Positions 9,479 to 17,915 of a stretch of 64,000 nucleotides of DNA are shown here, piece by piece (the first letter of the stretch is position 1; each line of letters begins with the position of its first letter). Source of the DNA: an uncultured bacterium (GTDB lineage: Bacteria > JAGOEH01); NCBI GenBank assembly GCA_964632485.1, contig CAZWDO010000003.1, forward strand, positions 120,690-184,689. The letters are read 5' to 3'. Below the pieces are notes generated by a model. The model made no database searches and was not told the DNA's origin. It saw only the letters and a program-made list of their open reading frames with translations. The position numbers were made by a program, and so were the translations under genes.

Positions 9479-11965
9479 ATGCGAACATATTTCATTATTA
9501 TCTTGATTTTCAGTTCATCTGTTCTTTTTGGGCAGGTCACGGGCCTTGCCGGCTGGGATATTTTTCTCGATCCGGGGCATAGTCAAAAAGAGAACATGGG
9601 TATTTACAATTATTCAGAAGCGGAAAAAGTAGTCCGGGTTGGTTTGGCGTTACGAGAATTATTGTTGACGACGACCGACATTGACACAGTCTATATTTGC
9701 CGGGACGATGATACGGATTATGTTTCATTATCGCAGCGGACTGACCGGGCAAATTCATTGGGAGCGGCATGGTATCATTCGATTCATAGTGATGCCGGCT
9801 CGGCTACAGTCAACACTAATCTTTTGCTTTGGGGGCAATATGCTTCTGGAGTTGAAAAGGTTCCTGGAGGGGGCCAGGGTATGAGCGCTATCATGATTGA
9901 ATATTTGAATAATGGTTATCGTTCATCCGGACGTTCCTGGGGCGACTGCTCATTTTACGGTTGCTCAAGCGGGGGTCCCTATCTGCATGTTAACCGCACG
10001 ACGACCATGCCTTCCGAACTCAGTGAGGCCGGTTTTCATACCAATCCCGCCCAAAACCAGCGTAATATGAATCAGGAATGGAAAAAACTGGAGGCCTATA
10101 TTTTTTATTGGTCTATCCTGAAATATCATGGTTTGGCAATCCCTCCCGTTGGAATTGTCTGCGGGATAATCCGTGATCTGGAAAGCCAACTCCCCATTAA
10201 TGGCGCCTCGGTTAACATTCATGATCAAATTTACACAACGGATACCTATGAGTCGCTCTTTTATAAATATAGTAATGATCCGGAGCAGTTGCGCAATGGT
10301 TTTTATTTTATTGAGGGAGTACCACCCCAACAGACGGCGGATATTATTGTCACGGCCACTGACTATTATCCGGACACTACTTCGGTTTTTGTGATCGATT
10401 CATTTTTTACGTTTCAGGATATCTCGTTAGTTTCCACCGTACCGCCAACTATCATCAGCAGCGAGCCTACGCCGAACGATTCAACCTACAAAATCGACAA
10501 CCCGATTGTCGTTTATTTTAGCCGACCCATGGATACGGCTAGCGTGTCGGCTGCCTGGGACCTTAATCCTGATTGTCCGGGAATTTTTAAATGGAATAGC
10601 TCCCGAACATCTTTAACCTTTACTCCGGTTGCTCTTTCAGCGGAAACTCAGTATCAATTGACGATCCAGGCCACGGCTCATGATCAGTATAACCATCCCC
10701 TGGATGGGAATGGAGATCAATCCGGTGGAGATGCTTTTGTATTGAATTTTCATACCGGATATCCTGATGTGTTGCCCCCTGAGATTATCAACGTCAATCC
10801 AACCGCTGGTTCGCTGGATATTGAACTTAATCCTATCATAACTCTGGTATTTAATGAACCCCTCGATTCCTTGTTTTTTTATGATACGAGTTTTGTGTTA
10901 AGTCCCTCTGCCCAATTGGATGATACGGTTCAAACGGTGATGCATTATTATACGTGCAATAGCAGGGGTATTGTCAGCTTGTATCCTCAGATTGAACTTC
11001 AATCCAACACACGCTACCGAGCGCGGATTAACCGGGGATTGAAAGACCGGTATGGCAATATTTTAAACAGGACTTCCCGATATTATTTTACAACGGGCGC
11101 GTACCGTTATATGCCGCGCGTTATTGATAATTTTGATTCCGACCCTCAACTCGGGAACTGGTTTGTTCCCCAACAGAGCGGAAGCACGACTGGAATAATT
11201 ACCGATAGTACGTATCGATCCAGTGATTCATCCATAGCGATTCCCGGCGTTGGAACCCATTATTCCATGCGCCTTGATTTTGGCTGGGACACAACGGACA
11301 ACGACTGGTTGATCCGTGAGTATCTTTCCGGCGGTTCCCCCCGATATGTACAATTCACGGCAGAGGATCAATTGCAGGTTTATATCTTTGGAGATAGTAG
11401 TCTGACATTATTTCGTTTTGCTGTTGATGATGGACTTCCAGCGGAAAGCGCTTCTCATCATGAAGTCAGTGAATGGATTTCTATCGACTGGTATGGCTGG
11501 CGCCTGGTCAGTTGGGATTTAGCTTCTGACCCGGTTGGTAGTTGGCTTGGAAATGGTGTCTTAGAAAACAATTTGCGTTTTGATAGTTTTCAACTTTCTT
11601 GGCAACCCGGAGCGAAAAGTAGTGGAACTCTCTATTTCGATGATTTGCGAGTTGCCCAGGTTGCGGTGGATGTGAATGAAGCCGAAGGGTTGGCGCAACT
11701 TTCACCGATCACTCGAATGGCGAATTATCCCAATCCTTTTAACGCGCAAACTCGCATAGAATTTGAATTGCCTCGTAAGGAACATGTGACGATCCATGTT
11801 TATGACATGTTGGGGGAAAGAATTGAAACTTTGCTTGATCAGGTATGTCCGGCAGGAAAGAATGCAATTATTTTTGATGCAACTCCTTTTCCTTCCGGTG
11901 TTCTTTTCTATCAATTGAAGACGGAACAGAGTGTTCTTACACAAAAAATGTTACTTTTAAAATAA
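9479..11965 (+). CDS. T9SS-secreted multidomain protein with N-terminal N-acetylmuramoyl-L-alanine amidase (Amidase_3) domain, Ig-like (SbsA/Big-type) domains and C-terminal Por/T9SS sorting domain
   Basis: A signal peptide is present. The Amidase_3 pattern is LDPGHS...EAEKVVRVGLALRELL...RTDRANSLGAAWYHSIHSDAG...TTMPSELSEAGFHTNP. The type-A T9SS C-terminal domain reads NYPNPFNAQTRIEFELPRKEHVTIHVYDMLGERIETLL...GVLFYQLKT...KMLLLK. The gene starts 8 nt after the upstream gene and has a GAGG RBS. Confidence 0.85.
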   Translation: MRTYFIIILIFSSSVLFGQVTGLAGWDIFLDPGHSQKENMGIYNYSEAEKVVRVGLALRELLLTTTDIDTVYICRDDDTDYVSLSQRTDRANSLGAAWYHSIHSDAGSATVNTNLLLWGQYASGVEKVPGGGQGMSAIMIEYLNNGYRSSGRSWGDCSFYGCSSGGPYLHVNRTTTMPSELSEAGFHTNPAQNQRNMNQEWKKLEAYIFYWSILKYHGLAIPPVGIVCGIIRDLESQLPINGASVNIHDQIYTTDTYESLFYKYSNDPEQLRNGFYFIEGVPPQQTADIIVTATDYYPDTTSVFVIDSFFTFQDISLVSTVPPTIISSEPTPNDSTYKIDNPIVVYFSRPMDTASVSAAWDLNPDCPGIFKWNSSRTSLTFTPVALSAETQYQLTIQATAHDQYNHPLDGNGDQSGGDAFVLNFHTGYPDVLPPEIINVNPTAGSLDIELNPIITLVFNEPLDSLFFYDTSFVLSPSAQLDDTVQTVMHYYTCNSRGIVSLYPQIELQSNTRYRARINRGLKDRYGNILNRTSRYYFTTGAYRYMPRVIDNFDSDPQLGNWFVPQQSGSTTGIITDSTYRSSDSSIAIPGVGTHYSMRLDFGWDTTDNDWLIREYLSGGSPRYVQFTAEDQLQVYIFGDSSLTLFRFAVDDGLPAESASHHEVSEWISIDWYGWRLVSWDLASDPVGSWLGNGVLENNLRFDSFQLSWQPGAKSSGTLYFDDLRVAQVAVDVNEAEGLAQLSPITRMANYPNPFNAQTRIEFELPRKEHVTIHVYDMLGERIETLLDQVCPAGKNAIIFDATPFPSGVLFYQLKTEQSVLTQKMLLLK

Positions 11966-11967
11966 AA

Positions 11968-11998
11968 AGCGCGTTTACAACGTTTTTTTTTTGAGTTA
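11968..11998 (+). terminator. Possible weak intrinsic terminator after the amidase gene
   Basis: GCGCGTTTACAACG has only a short stem (CGTT/AACG), but it is followed by an 11-T run. Confidence 0.3.
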
Positions 11999-12061
11999 CG
12001 GAAAAAAAATGAAACTATTTTTTTTAAGTTCCGTATTGATTATTAGAACGTTGGAAATGAG

Positions 12062-12079
12062 ATTTTAACCGGTTAAAAT
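12062..12079. promoter_or_regulatory. Perfect 18-bp palindrome ATTTTAACCGGTTAAAAT about 45 bp upstream of the TonB-C-like gene; candidate operator
   Basis: Both arms are self-complementary. The site lies in the AT-rich leader region before the RBS AAGGAGAAG. Confidence 0.3.
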
Positions 12080-12122
12080 TTTCCAAAAAAAAGTTAAGAA
12101 AAAGTAAGACAAGGAGAAGAAA

Positions 12123-12518
12123 ATGAAAAAGCTAATCGCGCTTACCGTCCTGACCGTTTTGGTTTTAACCGGTTTAATGATTGCCAGTGAAGAAATTCAT
12201 ACCTTCATTCCCGATGGCGGGAAATTACCCAAAATCGTTGACAAAGTTGAACCGATGATTGATCCAAACGATGTGGCTGAACCTTATTACGGGAAAGTTT
12301 TTTTGAAAATTGCTTTGAATACAGATGGAAAGATTATGGATGAAAAAATTGAAGTCGTAAAAAATGGTTCAGAAAATGATGTTGTTGCGAAAGCCGCAGT
12401 AGATGCCGTAAAAAAATATAAATTTACTGCTGCAGAAATTGATGGTAAAGCGGTGAATTACTGGATAATGGTCCCCGTAGATTTTTCTAAATCCTGGAAT
12501 AAAGCCAAAACTGAATAA
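12123..12518 (+). CDS. Periplasmic TonB C-terminal-domain-like protein (signal peptide, no proline-rich spacer)
   Basis: The RBS AAGGAGAAGAAA precedes the ATG. It has a signal peptide (MKKLIALTVLTVLVLTGLMIA). The C-terminal region matches the TonB_C pattern (PYYGKVFLKIALNTDGKIMDEKIEVVKNGSEN...AKAAVDAVKKYKFTAAEIDGKAVNYWIMVPVDF). Confidence 0.55.
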   Translation: MKKLIALTVLTVLVLTGLMIASEEIHTFIPDGGKLPKIVDKVEPMIDPNDVAEPYYGKVFLKIALNTDGKIMDEKIEVVKNGSENDVVAKAAVDAVKKYKFTAAEIDGKAVNYWIMVPVDFSKSWNKAKTE

Positions 12519-12543
12519 ACTAAATACTCCCTCCTACTGTTAG

Positions 12544-12578
12544 AAAAACCCCTCTTTCAATGGAAGAGGGGTTTTTTC
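12544..12578. terminator. Bidirectional rho-independent terminator between convergent genes
   Basis: The stem AAAAACCCCTCTT pairs with AAGAGGGGTTTTT around the loop TCAATGG. It is followed by TTTTTTCTTTC, and the complementary strand also has an A/T run. Confidence 0.6.
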
Positions 12579-12711
12579 TTTCTCCTACTGATAACCTTTT
12601 TTTCTCAGCTTAATGCTACAAACCCCCAATGAGATTTACTTACAGATCCTATTTTACACTATCCGGAAGGTTATAAACGCAGCCGGGAAGAAAGTTGACC
12701 GTGAATTATAA

Positions 12712-14754
12712 TCAGTTATGCTCGGGACCGTGTTTTTTTCCTTTTTTTACAATCAGATAATAGGAAAACAGGGCTAAGGCGATAATAGCCAGAAACCCTA
12801 ATTTTTCGGCTGAAGGCGATTCGACCCATTCATTTGTTCCCAGAGCTTGAGTCAAAGTCCAGAAATCTCCATAATAAACTTTACCAATATAAGTAATAAA
12901 AGCGGCGATTACGCCCATGATGGCTCCGCCAGCGATGTAACCGGAAGCAACCAGAGTTCCGCGTTCATTGCGTTGGTTGGAAATTTCCGGATCACTGCTG
13001 CTTTTTTTTACAAAATGAGATACCAGACCGCCTAACAGAATGGGGGTATTCAGGTGCAAAGGCAAATACATTCCTAATGCGAATGCAAGGGGAGGGATTC
13101 CAAGCCATTCGAGGATGATTGCGAAAAGAGCTCCGGCAAAATAGAGCATCCAGGGGGCGCTTTGACCTGTCATCAGAGGTTTAATTACAGCGGCCATGGC
13201 GGACGCCTGGGGCGCTTCCAGCCCGCCAGGTCCGAATCCATAAGCGCGATAGAGGACCATTATTACATAGCCGACTGACAGGGATGCCACGATGGTGCCG
13301 ATAAACTTGAATCGTTCCTGGTGGTAAGGAGTAGAGCCCAGCCAATAGCCGATCTTTAAGTCTGTAATGAATCCCCCGGCCATTGAGAGCGACGTGCAGA
13401 CAACCCCGCCAATCAGCAGGGCGGCTAAAATTCCATCATCTCCTTTTAAACCTACCGAGACCAGAATGACTGAAGAGAGGATCAAGGTCATCAACGTCAT
13501 CCCCGAGACAGGGTTTGTACCGACGATGGCGATAGCGCGCGCTGCCACCGTTGTAAAAAGAAATGAAATGACCGTTACAATCAGCAGCCCTGACAGCGCG
13601 TGGACAACGTTCTGCTTTACAACCAGGAAATAGAAGAAGACGAACAACCCCATCAAGGCGGCCACGATCATTACGGCATTCCATTTCATGCTGATATCCC
13701 GTTGAGTGCGTTCACTCGCCGTGTTATTGGCATGGATATTTTTCCCGCCGGTAATTTCATTGAATGCCAGTTTAAAAGCGCCGCCGATGATTTTGCTGGA
13801 TTTCAGCACGCCAATAATTCCGGCGGCGGCTATACCTCCGATTCCAATATGCCGGACATACCCGGCAAAAATTTCGGTGGGCGTCATCGAGCCGATGGGT
13901 AGCAATCCGCTGATAGTTTCAGGGCTGACTTGAAGTGAGGCAATTACAGCATGGCTGATATACGCAACGGATGGAATAATAACCCACCACGCCACAAATG
14001 AACCGCAGGCAATAATCAATGAGTATTTCAAGCCCACGATATAGCCTAATCCCATAACTGCCGCGCCGATATTGATATTAAATTCCCATTTCAATGATTG
14101 CGATAGAGCTCTTCCCCAACCGAAGACCCGAGTGGAAACAACTTCTTTAAACAAACCGATACCTGAAATAAGAAAATCATAAATTCCGCCAATCGCAGCA
14201 GCGATCACTAAAGTAGCGGCATGTTCTCCACCTGCTTCACCGGCAATTAACACTTCGGTCGTCGCCGTCGCTTCGGGAAATGGAAATTGACCATGCATAT
14301 CTTTTACAAAGTATTTTCTAAAAGGAATCAAAAAAAGCATTCCCAGGATACCGCCGGATGCTGAGGCAAGGAAGATTTGCCAAAAACTGGCTTCAATATT
14401 CAACAGATAGAGACCGGGAATTGTAAAAATCGCTCCGGCAACTACTAAGCCTGAACTAGCGCCAATTGATTGGACGATCACGTTTTGTAGCAAGGCGTTT
14501 TTTTTCCGGAATGCAGAAGAAATTCCCACTGCCAGGATAGCAATTGGTATCGCCGCTTCGAACACCTGGCCGATTTTTAGTCCCAAATAGGCGGCCGCTG
14601 CGGAAAACACAACGGCAAATAGCAGGCCGAATCCTACCGAATAGGGGGTCAATTCCGGTACAACTCGATTGGCGGGGATTACCGGTAAATAAACTTCCCC
14701 GGGTTTTAATTCCCGATACGCATTCTCGGGCAAACTCAGTCTGGAAGGTTCCAT
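12712..14754 (-). CDS. OPT-family oligopeptide transporter
   Basis: 680 aa with more than 14 predicted TM helices throughout. The N-terminal region (PGEVYLPVIPANRVVPELTPYSVGFGLLFAVVFSAAAAYLGLKIGQ) and the glycine-rich helices are typical of bacterial OPT transporters. Confidence 0.8.
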   Translation of the reverse strand: MEPSRLSLPENAYRELKPGEVYLPVIPANRVVPELTPYSVGFGLLFAVVFSAAAAYLGLKIGQVFEAAIPIAILAVGISSAFRKKNALLQNVIVQSIGASSGLVVAGAIFTIPGLYLLNIEASFWQIFLASASGGILGMLFLIPFRKYFVKDMHGQFPFPEATATTEVLIAGEAGGEHAATLVIAAAIGGIYDFLISGIGLFKEVVSTRVFGWGRALSQSLKWEFNINIGAAVMGLGYIVGLKYSLIIACGSFVAWWVIIPSVAYISHAVIASLQVSPETISGLLPIGSMTPTEIFAGYVRHIGIGGIAAAGIIGVLKSSKIIGGAFKLAFNEITGGKNIHANNTASERTQRDISMKWNAVMIVAALMGLFVFFYFLVVKQNVVHALSGLLIVTVISFLFTTVAARAIAIVGTNPVSGMTLMTLILSSVILVSVGLKGDDGILAALLIGGVVCTSLSMAGGFITDLKIGYWLGSTPYHQERFKFIGTIVASLSVGYVIMVLYRAYGFGPGGLEAPQASAMAAVIKPLMTGQSAPWMLYFAGALFAIILEWLGIPPLAFALGMYLPLHLNTPILLGGLVSHFVKKSSSDPEISNQRNERGTLVASGYIAGGAIMGVIAAFITYIGKVYYGDFWTLTQALGTNEWVESPSAEKLGFLAIIALALFSYYLIVKKGKKHGPEHN

Positions 14755-14882
14755 GCAGACTCCTTTCTTTAAGTAGTAGATGTGTCTTTGTTTCGTACTT
14801 TAAATTTTTCAATCAATAATCGCATATTGACTTTGGGCATTCCGCAATTTTAAGGCTATTGATTAAAATGTACGCTTAATCC

Positions 14883-14912
14883 ATTTTAAATTGTTTTTCA
14901 TAATTTGTCAAG
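14883..14912 (-). promoter_or_regulatory. Possible minus-strand promoter for the OPT gene (TTGACA-N18-TAAAAT)
   Basis: The -35 TTGACA is the complement of 14907-14912. The -10 TAAAAT is the complement of 14883-14888. Confidence 0.25.
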
Positions 14913-14956
14913 AAAAAATTTATTTTAAATCCGTCTTGAAGATTTTATTCGCCGAC

Positions 14957-14986
14957 TTGACAAATTTCATGTTTTGCTCATACAAT
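14957..14986 (+). promoter_or_regulatory. Possible upstream sigma70 promoter TTGACA-N18-TACAAT facing the helicase gene
   Basis: Hexamers are at 14957-14962 and 14981-14986. Confidence 0.3.
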
Positions 14987-15076
14987 GCCCGAAAATTCAC
15001 TGGGTGTTTAATATTCCTGATTCATAGATTTAGGACTCAGTTTGATTTCTAAAAAAAAAAAATTATTTTAAAGGTC

Positions 15077-15105
15077 TTGACTTTCAATTTAAAATTTCCT
15101 ATAAT
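15077..15105 (+). promoter_or_regulatory. Consensus sigma70 promoter TTGACT-N17-TATAAT immediately upstream of the helicase gene
   Basis: The -35 hexamer is at 15077-15082, the spacer is exactly 17 nt, and the -10 is TATAAT at 15100-15105. This promoter lies inside the 5' extension of the track ORF, which begins at a TTG at 15077. That extension is therefore likely spurious. Confidence 0.45.
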
Positions 15106-15136
15106 AATTATCAATTTTAAGCTGAACGGAGATGAT

Positions 15137-17668
15137 TTGGAACGATCTTTACTAAAAATATCCAGGTATATCGATGAAGCGATGAGGCTTTGGGATTCAA
15201 ATCCTGAACTGGTTAAAAGTCGCCAGTTTTTTGATATCTGGCATACCTTGGAACAGCCAGAACCTTTTTTTATTGATAAGGTCCGTTTTAAAGTTCAGGG
15301 AATACCGATTCAACTAATCGCTCAGTGTCGGGATAAAGTCGCCTATTTCGAGTGGAATGAAGAGTTCCAATGCGCGGCAATCGTGATTGAAACCGAGCCG
15401 GATCCTGTGCGGGTGTTTATCCAGTTTGATCATGGAGGTCCCGTCATCCAGCAAGTAGTTAAAGGAGCCTCGAATCAACTCTCGGAAACCGGTACATTAA
15501 TAGAATTAATCCACCATGTCATTGCCTCATGTAAACGGGAAGATCCGGATTGTTCGCTTCTTAAGATGCCGCGTAATCTATTTATAGAAAAAGTAGCATC
15601 TTTCAACAATGAGTATTCCCGTGAACTTATTGCGCAGATAAAAAAAATGAAACTTACCGAAATTCGTGGTTTAATAAAGAAAGCTGCCAGTGATATGGCG
15701 CGTGATGAATTGAGTCCTCAGCTCAGCCTCTCCCTGGGTGGGAATTATGCGACCGGGCATGATGGAATGGGGGACCAAAAATTACCAATTATATGCGAGA
15801 TTCCTCAGCGAGCCGAATGGAGCATTCGAAAGGAAATTGAGTTCCTAATCTATTCGGTTTCAGCGCATATTCAGTATGAGCAGGAGTATTTGCTGGATTT
15901 GTCTTCAGCGGAGATTATTGATGGGGAAAAAAATATCAAATCGAATGAAATCGCCATTAAGATAACGATTGATCCCAATCTGTATTGTCCCGAAGACAAT
16001 GTGTTAGTGTTATATCGAAAAGATGACCCAACCGGAATCGGTTTATTGCATGTTGATTTAGCGGATAATAATAAGCTTTATGGTCGGATCCACTCGAAGC
16101 AGCTTGCCGAATTTGTTTCTTCAATGGATAATTTTTATGCGCGTTCCCGCAAACATCCGCGTGATTTTATAGTCGAATCATTTCAAAAGGGACTTCATTA
16201 TATCCAATCAGATAGTGAGGAAGCTTCTCTGGCGTTTCAGTCCGCAATCGGCAGTAGCGCCATCAAGCTTTCGTACGATTATATTCCCGGAGCGCCAGAA
16301 GAATTGGATTCCTCACAAAAAATTGCCTGGAGCGTAGCTGTGGATGAGCGCAATCCGGCATCAATCATTCAGGGACCTCCCGGTACCGGTAAATCATTTG
16401 TCTTGGAAAAAGTAATCCGTCAATTGGTAAAAGCCGGGAAACGCATTGTTTTTACCGCGCCATCCAATTTAGCCGTGGATACCATTCTATTGAAAATAAA
16501 GGATTTGCCTTTTATTCGATGTACTTCCGTTCAGTTTGGGATTGATCCTGAACTGCGGGATTATTGGTCGGGTAGCCCCGAAGCCTTCGCCCGTTTTACT
16601 AAAAAAAGAGTGGAATTTAAAGGAGGTGGAGTCTGGGCTGGAACCCATCTCGGGCTTTTACTGACCCCGCAGGTGCAATCGGAAGTAGAATACCGGGGAG
16701 TGTTCGATGTAATAATTTATGATGAAGCTGGAATGTCGCGCATGGAAGAGTTTTTTCTAACCACTCAGCTTGCGCGGCGCTTTGTACTTTTTGGTGACCA
16801 TAAGCAATTGCCCCCTTTCCCTCCCTTGCGTCCGGTGCTCGACGATTTAAAAAAACATTTTAGCGCCATTCCTAAAGCCTATTGGGAATTGATTAAAATA
16901 AGCCCCCTCGAATGGCTGGAAAAATACCGCCGCTTCCCGATTATCTTATTAACTTCATCTTATCGCTGCCAAAATCCGCGATTGTTGCGTTTTTCATCGG
17001 TTCTTTTTTATCAGGGGGAAGTCAAGACCAGCCAAAATGCCGAGTATTTTCAGTTGGCGTTTAATGAACGACAGGAGAAATTTCCGCCATCGACACTTGT
17101 ATTCTTTCGGACGAGCCAACTTCCCTTTGAAATTAAAAAAGAGACTCTTAGTTTTTCTAAAGGAAAACCCGGAATTGAGAATAGACTGGAGATACAACTT
17201 TGCCTGCGGGAATTTTACAATCGTTTAAATAAATACCCTTTGCATGAGATTACTATCATCACTCCCTATAAGCGGCAGGTTAAACGTATCCGCGAGCTGC
17301 TTGATCATAAAAAAGTCGAAGAAATCCGGCATGAAAAGATCAATGATGAACAGTGGGAGCGCTATCTCTACAGCAGAATCGCGACAGTGGATAGTTTCCA
17401 GGGTTGTGAAAGTGACGTAACAATTATATCGTATGTTCGCAGTAATCAAAAAGGCGGAATCGGCTTCGTTGAGGATCATAATCGAATTAACGTCGCCCAT
17501 ACTCGTTGCCGCAAGGAATTGGTGATCATTGGCGATCTGGAATGCTTGAAATCCCAGGCTGGAACAGCGGTCTTTTCACGCATGGAGCGCGCGTTCACTC
17601 TTGACGGAACGATTGTCGATGTCTCGCTGGAGGAAGCGACCGCCATGTTGAAATCCCCGGAACCGTAA
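15137..17668 (+). CDS. Upf1/DNA2-like superfamily-1B helicase (AAA_11/AAA_12 type) with about 400-aa uncharacterised N-terminal region
   Basis: SF1B motifs are Q (LDSSQKIAWSVAV), I (GPPGTGKS), II (YDEAG), III (GDHKQLPP), IV (LTSSYRCQNP), V (DSFQGCESD) and VI (GFVEDHNRINVAHTRCR). The start is uncertain. A TTG at 15137 lies 5 nt after a GGAG RBS. The next in-frame ATG is at 15182. The ATG at 15132 is out of frame. Confidence 0.8.
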   Translation: MERSLLKISRYIDEAMRLWDSNPELVKSRQFFDIWHTLEQPEPFFIDKVRFKVQGIPIQLIAQCRDKVAYFEWNEEFQCAAIVIETEPDPVRVFIQFDHGGPVIQQVVKGASNQLSETGTLIELIHHVIASCKREDPDCSLLKMPRNLFIEKVASFNNEYSRELIAQIKKMKLTEIRGLIKKAASDMARDELSPQLSLSLGGNYATGHDGMGDQKLPIICEIPQRAEWSIRKEIEFLIYSVSAHIQYEQEYLLDLSSAEIIDGEKNIKSNEIAIKITIDPNLYCPEDNVLVLYRKDDPTGIGLLHVDLADNNKLYGRIHSKQLAEFVSSMDNFYARSRKHPRDFIVESFQKGLHYIQSDSEEASLAFQSAIGSSAIKLSYDYIPGAPEELDSSQKIAWSVAVDERNPASIIQGPPGTGKSFVLEKVIRQLVKAGKRIVFTAPSNLAVDTILLKIKDLPFIRCTSVQFGIDPELRDYWSGSPEAFARFTKKRVEFKGGGVWAGTHLGLLLTPQVQSEVEYRGVFDVIIYDEAGMSRMEEFFLTTQLARRFVLFGDHKQLPPFPPLRPVLDDLKKHFSAIPKAYWELIKISPLEWLEKYRRFPIILLTSSYRCQNPRLLRFSSVLFYQGEVKTSQNAEYFQLAFNERQEKFPPSTLVFFRTSQLPFEIKKETLSFSKGKPGIENRLEIQLCLREFYNRLNKYPLHEITIITPYKRQVKRIRELLDHKKVEEIRHEKINDEQWERYLYSRIATVDSFQGCESDVTIISYVRSNQKGGIGFVEDHNRINVAHTRCRKELVIIGDLECLKSQAGTAVFSRMERAFTLDGTIVDVSLEEATAMLKSPEP

Positions 17669-17829
17669 AAGAATAAGTACTCTCGCCTATTGAGTGGACT
17701 TCACATCTCCACTAAAGGATCCTTGCAGGAGTGTTGTTCACGCCAAAAAATTATGATTTTAATAAAAGCCGTACAATGAATACGATTTACAGCTATTGTA
17801 AAAATAATATTTATAATTAAAAAAAATAA

Positions 17830-17857
17830 TTGAAAAAAATAATTTATTTCTTATATT
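17830..17857 (+). promoter_or_regulatory. Possible promoter TTGAAA-N16-TATATT upstream of the MCP gene
   Basis: The site is in the AT-rich intergenic region 17669-17915. The RBS AAGGAAAGGA precedes the ATG at 17916. Confidence 0.3.
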
Positions 17858-17915
17858 TTCTATTAGTACTATGCTAAATACGACAGAATACTAAAATTTA
17901 AGGAAAGGAATAGGT

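Noticed and set aside
9965-10330. 121-aa minus-strand ORF
   Set aside because: It is embedded antisense in the T9SS amidase gene.
15077-15136. 5' extension of the helicase ORF (TTG at 15077) and out-of-frame ATG at 15132
   Set aside because: Positions 15077-15105 form a consensus -35/-10 promoter and so cannot be coding. The ATG at 15132 is in another frame and meets a stop almost immediately.
17669-17760. AGTGGA-N9-TCCACT hairpin right after the helicase stop
   Set aside because: The stem is only 6 bp and is followed by AAAGGATCC rather than a U-tract, so it is not a convincing intrinsic terminator.
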